A stretch of 64,000 bases of DNA, taken from an uncultured Armatimonadetes bacterium (lineage in GTDB: Bacteria; Armatimonadota; Hebobacteria; Hebobacterales; Hebobacteraceae). The DNA lies in contig OY970296.1 in assembly GCA_963716175.1 (NCBI GenBank), forward strand, positions 2,368,001-2,432,000. Reading direction: 5' to 3'. The notes below the pieces were generated by a model, which had not been told where the DNA came from, did no database searches, and saw nothing but the letters and a program-made list of their open reading frames with translations. Below are positions 57,240 through 64,000 of this stretch, in pieces. The translations under genes and the position numbers were made by a program. The first letter of the stretch is position 1. Each line of letters begins with the position of its first letter.

Positions 57240-58652
57240 TCAGGGCTGCTGGAGAGGCTTCCAGCCCTCTACCTCACGGAAGAAGGGCCGCGCGCGTGTC
57301 ACGTAGTACCACGTGAACACCAGGTAGGCGCCAAGCCAGGCCAGGCCCGCGCCCAGCGCGCTCAACCGAGGGATCAGAGCCAGGCCCAGGGGCACACCTA
57401 TCGCGAACCAGATCAGGTTCGCTTTCCCGATGTTGCCGGTGCGGTTGGAGATCACGTTGGTCGCCGAGGCCACCCAGCCGCCGATCATCACCGGCATCAC
57501 CAGCCCGATCACGCGTACGGCTGGCACCGCGCCGGCCTGGTCCGGACCGAAGATAGCTGGCACCACCCATTGCCCGGCCAAGACCAGCACCGCCCCATAG
57601 GCGGTGGCCGCCCCGATGAGCACGCCCCGGGCCTGGCCAAGGGAGTGCAGCAGGTCAGTCGCTTGCTTGCTCGCGTAGAGCCGGGCCCACTCGGGCAGGA
57701 GCACGATCATGCAGGCCTGGTAGATCACGGCCAGATGGCCCAGCAGCGTCAGCGCGATCTCGAAGTGGCCCAGGGGCACCGGCCCCCAGTGCCAGGCGAG
57801 GGCTGCTTTCATCAAGGTCTTCGACCCGAATCCGGCGAGCGGGACGATCCAGATGGGCAGCAGGAAGGGCAGCAGCTGGCGCAACTGCTGGCCTCCCGCC
57901 CTGCCCGGCCAGAGGAAACCAAGCGCGCCTCGCGCCAGCCAGCCGCAGGCCAGGGCCGCGCCAAACCAGCCGGCCGCAATCCAGGCCATCAGACCAAACT
58001 GCCCCCACTTGGCGAAGTTGAGCGCTCCCAGCAGCAGGGGTGGAAACACGATCACCGCGGCCAGCAGGTTGCCGGTGGCCCAGCGCCGCGGTCGCTCCAT
58101 GCCCTGAATGCAGGACATGAAATAGAGGGTGAGAGGGGTGAGCAGACACAACGAGAGGGCGGCCACCACCACCGGACCCTGCAGGGCCTGGGCGCGGTAG
58201 AGTCGGCTCAACCATCCCGCGCCCAGCGCGCACCAGGCCAAGCCCAGCAGGCCCGCGCCCAGTCGGCACCACAGCCCGGCCGCGTAGTGCGCGCGCACCA
58301 GGCCGCGCAGCGGGCCAGGGCCGGCGTCCTGCCCTCTCACCTCCGCCAGGAACTTGGGGATGCCGGACTCCACCGGAAACGCTGCCACCAGCTGGAAGAT
58401 CCCGGCGATGGTCAGGACCAGCGCATACTCACCGAAGGCGCGAGGGCCCAGCGCGCGGGCCAGCACCGCCGTAGCTCCGAAGCCCAGCACAGTCTGCGAG
58501 ATCAGCATGGCTCCCACCGGGTACTTCGCTCGCGCCGCCAGCGAGCGGTAGGATCCGGCGTCTGCGATCTCCCGCAGCAGGGCCTGCGCGGCCGCGCTCA
58601 CCAATCTCTGTGCCGGCCGCTCGGCCCCCGTCCCCACGCCCTCCACGCTCAT
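57240..58652 (-). CDS. Wzx-like oligosaccharide flippase
   Basis: LARALGPRAFGEYALV, many TM helices, LIPRLSALGAGLA. Confidence 0.85.
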   Translation of the reverse strand: MSVEGVGTGAERPAQRLVSAAAQALLREIADAGSYRSLAARAKYPVGAMLISQTVLGFGATAVLARALGPRAFGEYALVLTIAGIFQLVAAFPVESGIPKFLAEVRGQDAGPGPLRGLVRAHYAAGLWCRLGAGLLGLAWCALGAGWLSRLYRAQALQGPVVVAALSLCLLTPLTLYFMSCIQGMERPRRWATGNLLAAVIVFPPLLLGALNFAKWGQFGLMAWIAAGWFGAALACGWLARGALGFLWPGRAGGQQLRQLLPFLLPIWIVPLAGFGSKTLMKAALAWHWGPVPLGHFEIALTLLGHLAVIYQACMIVLLPEWARLYASKQATDLLHSLGQARGVLIGAATAYGAVLVLAGQWVVPAIFGPDQAGAVPAVRVIGLVMPVMIGGWVASATNVISNRTGNIGKANLIWFAIGVPLGLALIPRLSALGAGLAWLGAYLVFTWYYVTRARPFFREVEGWKPLQQP

Positions 58653-58801
58653 GGGCCACTCTCTCGATGCTGGGAACTCATGCTCGATCCGCCTATCGCG
58701 CGCTTCGCAGAGTAGCATTCGTCGCGCCGTGGGGTCTCCCTTGCTGTGAGAGCGATGCCGCCAGGCAGGTCGGGCGGCGAAGGGCAGAGAAGGCCAGGGC
58801 G

Positions 58802-59695
58802 ATGAGACGGCTGATGTCACAGACCTGGGCGGTGGTGGTCGCGGCCTATCGCGCCTATGGCTCGCACGGATGCTCCATCATGGCCGCTGCTACCGCCTTC
58901 TACTCCCTGCTTTCCCTGGTGCCCCTGGCGCTGCTGGCGATCTCCATCTTCGGGCATTTCCTGGGGGCAGAGGAAGCGCACCGCAAGGTGGTCAGCCTGG
59001 TGCAGGCGGCCGTGCCGGGGTCTAGCCAGCCGCTGGTGGGCGCGATCCGGATCATCGCCAGCAAAGGGAGCCGTTGGTTCGTCAACCTGGTCGCTCTGTT
59101 CGGGCTGCTCTGGTCCGGTCTGAGCTTGCTGAGCAATCTCTCCCTCTTCCTCACCCGCGCCTGGACGGGCCAACCTGGAGGTCGCACCTTCGTGGGACGA
59201 AGGCTGATCGCGCTCGCCGCTCTCGCCGCCGCGGGCATCGTCTTCTTCCTCACGGTGGTCTTCACCAGCGTCGTCTCATCTTTCAGAGACCACCCCGAGA
59301 GACTGGGCGCCCTCTCTCGCCTCGTGCTGGATCTCAACGTGCCGCTGAACTGGGTAGTCTACGGCCTGATCAATGTCGCCATGTTCTTCCTGCTCTATCG
59401 CTTTCTGCCCGCGGCCGAGGTGTCAGCCCGCGCCGCCCTGGTGGGCGCCCTCCCCGCGGCTGTGCTCTGGCACTTCTCGCGCGCTCTGTTCGGCCTGCTG
59501 GTCACCAGCAGTAGTCGCTACGGGCATGTCTACGGTCCCCTGGCCGGCGTGGTGATCTTCCTGCTCTGGGTCTACTACTCGGCCATGATCCTGTTTTTCT
59601 GCGCTGAGATTGCAGCCGCCTATCAGCAGCAGCACGGCCAGGGCCCAGTGGTATCGCGGGGCCGCGCTCCCGCGCCGCGACTGGGTCAGCGGTGA
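58802..59695 (+). CDS. YihY/BrkB-family membrane protein
   Basis: AAATAFYSLLSLVP, LYRFLP, YGPLAGVVIFLLWVYYSA. Confidence 0.92.
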   Translation: MRRLMSQTWAVVVAAYRAYGSHGCSIMAAATAFYSLLSLVPLALLAISIFGHFLGAEEAHRKVVSLVQAAVPGSSQPLVGAIRIIASKGSRWFVNLVALFGLLWSGLSLLSNLSLFLTRAWTGQPGGRTFVGRRLIALAALAAAGIVFFLTVVFTSVVSSFRDHPERLGALSRLVLDLNVPLNWVVYGLINVAMFFLLYRFLPAAEVSARAALVGALPAAVLWHFSRALFGLLVTSSSRYGHVYGPLAGVVIFLLWVYYSAMILFFCAEIAAAYQQQHGQGPVVSRGRAPAPRLGQR

Positions 59696-59793
59696 AGGTG
59701 TGGCGCCGGGAGTGGTGGAATAGCGGCGCCTGATGCCTGGCAGGAGGCAAGTCGCCTGAGGCGACTAAAGTTCCTGCCCAACGAGGAGAACCG

Positions 59794-61116
59794 ATGCTGA
59801 AGATCGCTTTTGTTGGTGCTGGCAGCCTGGGCTTCACCCGAACCCTGGTGACTGACATGATGTCATATCAGGACCTGGCGGGCTCGACCATCTCCCTCAC
59901 TGATGTCCACGAGCCGCGGCTCAGCTCTGCCAAGCGGGCGGTGGAGCGGATCATGGAGGTGGGCAAGTATCCCGCGAAAGTGACCGCCACCACGGACCGG
60001 GCGAAAGGGCTGGAGGGCGCGGATATCGTCGTCGTCACCATCCTCGCCCATGGGGTGGATGGGTTCCGGCCCGAGATCGAAATCCCGATGAAGTACGGCG
60101 TGGACTTCAACGTGGGCGACAGCTACGGCACCGCGGCCGTGTTCCGCTCCCTGCGCACCATTCCCATGATGGTGGATATCTGTCGCGACATGGAGAAGTA
60201 CGCGCCCCAGGCCTACATGCTCAACTACACCAACCCCATGACCATGCTCTGCCGGGCGATGCAGCGCGCTAGCGCAGTGAAGCTCGTGGGGCTCTGCCAC
60301 AGCGTGCAGGGGTTGGGCGCCATGCTGGGAAGGTGGATCGGCGCTCCGCCAGAGGAGATCGTGTGCGAGTGCGCCGGCATCAACCACCAGGCCTGGGCGC
60401 TGCGCTTCGAGTGGAACGGCAAGAACGCCTATCCGCTCTTGCGCAAGGCGGTGGAGAAACCCGAGATCTGGCGCAAGGACATCGTGCGCAACGAGATCTT
60501 CAAGGCCCTCGGCTATTACGTCACCGAGTCCAGCGGCCACAACTCCGAGTATGTCTGGTGGTTCCGCAAGCGCCCGGACCTGATCGAGAGGTTCTGCACC
60601 CACGGCGAGGACTGGAACCCCGGGGTGCACGCCTACATTCTGGACGAGTATCAGGAGAGCGCCGAGACCTGGCAGAAGGAGTTGGAGGACTACTCCGAGG
60701 GCCGGGTGGAGATCAGGTTGGGCCGCTCCCACGAGTACGCCTCCCTCATCACCCGGGGCCTGCTGTTCGGCGAGCTGTGCAAGTTCAACGGCACCGTCCC
60801 CAATCACGGCGCGATCAGCAACCTGCCCTGCGATGCCGCTGTCGAAGTGCCGGTGATCGCGGACAAGTCGGGTCTCCAGGCAATCAACGTGGGTGCGCTC
60901 CCTCATCAGCTCGCGGCCCTCAACCAACTTCACACCAACATCGTGGAGCTGACCGTGGAGGCCGCGCTCACCGGCAATCCCGAGCCCGTCTACCACGCTT
61001 GCTACCTCGATCCCGTGGCCGCCGCCAAGTGCTCACTGGAGGAGATCAAGCAGATGGTGGATGAGCTGTTCCAGGTGCAGACGCCGCTGATGCCGCAGTT
61101 CAAGCACCTGAGCTGA
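59794..61116 (+). CDS. melA: GH4 NAD-dependent alpha-galactosidase
   Basis: KIAFVGAGS, LNYTNPM, GLCHSVQ, AGINHQ, TESSGHNSEY. Confidence 0.88.
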   Translation: MLKIAFVGAGSLGFTRTLVTDMMSYQDLAGSTISLTDVHEPRLSSAKRAVERIMEVGKYPAKVTATTDRAKGLEGADIVVVTILAHGVDGFRPEIEIPMKYGVDFNVGDSYGTAAVFRSLRTIPMMVDICRDMEKYAPQAYMLNYTNPMTMLCRAMQRASAVKLVGLCHSVQGLGAMLGRWIGAPPEEIVCECAGINHQAWALRFEWNGKNAYPLLRKAVEKPEIWRKDIVRNEIFKALGYYVTESSGHNSEYVWWFRKRPDLIERFCTHGEDWNPGVHAYILDEYQESAETWQKELEDYSEGRVEIRLGRSHEYASLITRGLLFGELCKFNGTVPNHGAISNLPCDAAVEVPVIADKSGLQAINVGALPHQLAALNQLHTNIVELTVEAALTGNPEPVYHACYLDPVAAAKCSLEEIKQMVDELFQVQTPLMPQFKHLS

Positions 61117-61132
61117 AAGAACGGCGCGTCCG

Positions 61133-61191
61133 TCCACAGATGAACGCAGATTGGGGCAGATCGTGCGGAGTCCGCCTCAGGCGGACTCCGC
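61133..61191. repeat. 9-bp-period CAGAT repeat followed by a REP-like hairpin
   Basis: CCACAGATGAACGCAGATTGGGGCAGAT, then GCGGAGTCCGCCT-C-AGGCGGACTCCGC (13-bp stem). Confidence 0.6.
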
Positions 61192-61360
61192 GGTCCTTGT
61201 TCGTACTTATCTGGTTGATCGGCGGTCGACGGCTGCTCAATAGTGGCGTGGGTTTGTCACGAGCGTAGCGAGGGACAACCCGCGCAAGGGCGAGCAGGAT
61301 TCTTCCGCCCTCTCTCCGTAAACTTCGTTACCCTGTACGCAAGATTCACGGGAGGCAGTC

Positions 61361-62293
61361 ATGAGCAGACCGTTGAGTGTGGTAGCGAATGGGTGGTGGG
61401 ACTACACCACCCTGGATCGGGAGATTCTGGACGACGCCGCGAAGCTGACGCCGGAAGACATGCTCGGCCTTTCCCGCCCCGGCTTCGAGGTGGCATTCTA
61501 CGATACTCTGGAGAGCTTCTACCTGGCCGAGGCGCTGGAGTACATCGAGGCCTGGTCGCAGGCTACGGAAGAGAACCCCGCGGGAATCTGTGGGCCCATT
61601 GGCCCCACCGAGCAGTTGCCGCTCGTCGCGCAGCTCGTGAATGCCTGGAAGCTCCACCTGGGCCACGCCCACTTCTGGGGGATGGACGAGTGGTATCTGC
61701 ACGGCCGAGAGGTCAGCGCCGACCATCCCCTCAGTTTCGAGCGGGCCGACCGAGAGCTGTGCTTCAACCGCATTGATCCAGAGTTGGTGATGCCGGATGC
61801 CAACCTGCATTTCCCGAAGGCGAGCACTCTGGCAGCTTACAGCGCCAGCTTCGACCGGGTGCGGTGCGTGGTGATGCAAGGGGGCCAGGGGGAGGTGAAG
61901 CATTGGGCCTTCAATGATCCGCCGCGCAGGGAGGGGGCCTACACGGAAACGCCGCCCCCGCCGGAGGAATACCTGAAGCTCAAGGCGCGGGTGGTTGACT
62001 TGCACCCCATGACTATCATCCAGAATGCCCGCACCTCCGGCGGCGGGAAAGTCGCCGACGTGCCCACCCAGGCCCTGAGCGTGGGGCCGGTCGAGACCTG
62101 GAAGGCGGAGCGCGTCTCCATCTGGCAGGCGGGGAACCACGACAATCCGTTCGGGATGCGGCTTACCACGCTCATGATCGCCAAGAAGATCCCCGACTCG
62201 TCGGTTCCGATGTCGCTGCTGGCGCTCCACCCCAATGTACGGTTCAGCTTCTACGCGCCCGGCATCGGGACTTGCGAGGCCGAGATGCACTAG
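61361..62293 (+). CDS. Glucosamine-6-phosphate isomerase/deaminase (NagB-like) family protein
   Basis: [38 protein letters not shown]. Confidence 0.82.
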   Translation: MSRPLSVVANGWWDYTTLDREILDDAAKLTPEDMLGLSRPGFEVAFYDTLESFYLAEALEYIEAWSQATEENPAGICGPIGPTEQLPLVAQLVNAWKLHLGHAHFWGMDEWYLHGREVSADHPLSFERADRELCFNRIDPELVMPDANLHFPKASTLAAYSASFDRVRCVVMQGGQGEVKHWAFNDPPRREGAYTETPPPPEEYLKLKARVVDLHPMTIIQNARTSGGGKVADVPTQALSVGPVETWKAERVSIWQAGNHDNPFGMRLTTLMIAKKIPDSSVPMSLLALHPNVRFSFYAPGIGTCEAEMH

Positions 62294-62337
62294 GCATCAC
62301 GCCCTTTTAGTGCGTGCGGAAAAAGCGAGCAGTCACA

Positions 62338-64000
62338 ATGAAGAAACTGGCCTGGGGGATCATCGGCACCGGCCATATCGCCCATACCTTCGCCCAGGGA
62401 TTGGCGGCCTCTAAGACCGGCCGGCTGGTCGCGGTGGGCAGTCGCACCCAGGCTGGGGCCGACAGTTTCGGAGACCATGTCGGGGTGCCGAGCCGCTACG
62501 GCAGCTACCAGGCCCTGCTCGCCGATCAGGAAGTGGAGGCCGTCTACATCTCGACACCCCATCCTATGCACGCGGAATGGGCGATCAAGGCGGCCGAGGC
62601 CGGCAAGCACATCCTCTGCGAGAAGCCGATTGGCCTCAACCACGCGGAGGCGATGGCCATTGTTCAGGCCGCCCGCCGGCACGACGCTTTCCTGATGGAA
62701 GCATTCATGTACCGCTGCCATCCCCAGATCGCCAGGCTGGCCCAACTGATCCGGCAGAAGGCGATAGGCGAAGTGCGCGTGATCCAGGCCACCTTCAGCT
62801 TCCACGCGGGCTTCGATCCGGAGAGTCGGCTCTTCAATCACGCCCTGGGAGGCGGAGGCATTCTCGATGTCGGCTGCTATTGCACCTCTATGGCGCGGCT
62901 GATCGCCGGGGCCGCTCTGGGCCAGGACTTCGCCGAGCCTATCGCGGTGAAGGGGACCGCGCGCATCGGGGAGAGCCGAGTGGATGAGTACGCTCTCGCC
63001 ACTCTCACTTTCCCGGGCGACATCCTGGCCCAGCTCTCCACCGGCGTGGGGCTGAGCCAGGAGAACGTGGTCCGCATCTTCGGCTCCGAGGGCTGGCTTC
63101 TGCTTCCCTCTCCCTGGTTTGGGGGCAGCCGGGCCAAGATCATGCTGCATCGAGGCGGCGAGTCAAAGACGATGATCGTGCGCTCCAGCCGCAGCCCTTA
63201 TGCGCTCGAGGCGGACACGGTGGCGGCCAACATCGAGCGGAGGCAGGCGCGGCCGCCGGCGATGACCTGGGATGACACTCTGGGGAACATGGCGACGCTC
63301 GACCGCTGGCGAGAGTCCATCGGCCTGGTCTACGATGCCGAGAAGCCGGAGGCGGTGGGGCCGGTGGCCAACCGGCCGCTTGCGGCAGCAAGGGATAGCA
63401 AGATGCAGTACGGCCGCATCGAGGGGGTGGAGCAACCGGTCTCCCGGTTGGTGATGGGGGTGTTCACACAGAGGGGAATGCCGCACACCGCGGTGATGCT
63501 CGACGACTACTTCGAGCGCGGCGGCAACTGCTTCGATACCGCCCACATCTATGGCGGGGGGCTCTGCGAACGCTTGCTCGGGCAGTGGATCAGGAATCGG
63601 GGGCTGCGCCAGCAGGTGGTGATCTTCGACAAAGGGGCCCACACACCCCATTGCACCCCCGAGTATCTGAGAAGCCAGCTCATGGAGAGCCTGGACCGGC
63701 TGCAGGTGGACTACGTGGACATCCTGATGGCTCACCGCGACAACCCGGAGATCCCGGTGGGCGAGTTCGTGGAGGCCTTCAATGAGCTGAAGCGGGCCGG
63801 TTACGTTCGCGCCTTCGGCGGATCGAACTGGTCTCTGGCGCGGGTCGAGGCGGGTAACGCGTACGCCGGGGCCAAGGGGCTGGTCGGCTTCTCGGCGGTG
63901 AGCAACAACTTCAGCCTGGCGCGCATGGTCGAGCCCGTCTGGGAGGGGTGCCTCGCCTCATCGGATGCCGAATCGCGGGCCTGGTTCACCAGGAGTCAAA
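62338..64000 (+). CDS. Gfo/Idh/MocA oxidoreductase fused to aldo/keto reductase (runs off the window)
   Basis: MKKLAWGIIGTGHIA, LCEKP, GGGILDVGCY; in-frame MQYGRIEGV..., FDTAHIYG, AHRDNP, FGGSNW; not in the ORF track because no stop is in the window. Confidence 0.88.
   Translation, partial: MKKLAWGIIGTGHIAHTFAQGLAASKTGRLVAVGSRTQAGADSFGDHVGVPSRYGSYQALLADQEVEAVYISTPHPMHAEWAIKAAEAGKHILCEKPIGLNHAEAMAIVQAARRHDAFLMEAFMYRCHPQIARLAQLIRQKAIGEVRVIQATFSFHAGFDPESRLFNHALGGGGILDVGCYCTSMARLIAGAALGQDFAEPIAVKGTARIGESRVDEYALATLTFPGDILAQLSTGVGLSQENVVRIFGSEGWLLLPSPWFGGSRAKIMLHRGGESKTMIVRSSRSPYALEADTVAANIERRQARPPAMTWDDTLGNMATLDRWRESIGLVYDAEKPEAVGPVANRPLAAARDSKMQYGRIEGVEQPVSRLVMGVFTQRGMPHTAVMLDDYFERGGNCFDTAHIYGGGLCERLLGQWIRNRGLRQQVVIFDKGAHTPHCTPEYLRSQLMESLDRLQVDYVDILMAHRDNPEIPVGEFVEAFNELKRAGYVRAFGGSNWSLARVEAGNAYAGAKGLVGFSAVSNNFSLARMVEPVWEGCLASSDAESRAWFTRSQ

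Noticed and set aside
57222-58715. 497-aa plus-strand ORF
   Set aside because: Antisense shadow of the flippase

Overview
High-GC bacterial chromosomal window; SLH-domain, H-X9-DG and many UroD-family, Gfo/Idh/MocA and amidohydrolase genes suggest Armatimonadota or a similar lineage (inference). Most of it is ordinary envelope, transport and carbohydrate-metabolism genes. Four accessory parts stand out. (1) A 4.1-kb IS1-family transposon (49473-53597) has 20-bp inverted repeats and an exact 8-bp target duplication (CGGAAGTC). It carries higB, a higA-ImmA/IrrE fusion, an unknown gene, a small basic protein and an NYN RNase preceded by a promoter, two hairpins and a terminator, resembling an RNA-antitoxin (type III TA-like) layout. 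(2) A decayed Rhs-like cassette island (~12970-17250) contains two copies of a Cys-rich module I do not recognise, alternating with putative immunity genes. (3) A family 1 encapsulin has a ferritin-like cargo protein. (4) A plant-type glucuronokinase homolog is paired with a nucleotidyltransferase. There are also two copies of a CTAG-flanked MITE-like repeat, REP-like repeats and several gene remnants. No rRNA, tRNA or CRISPR array was seen. All calls come from reading motifs by eye; no database searches were run.
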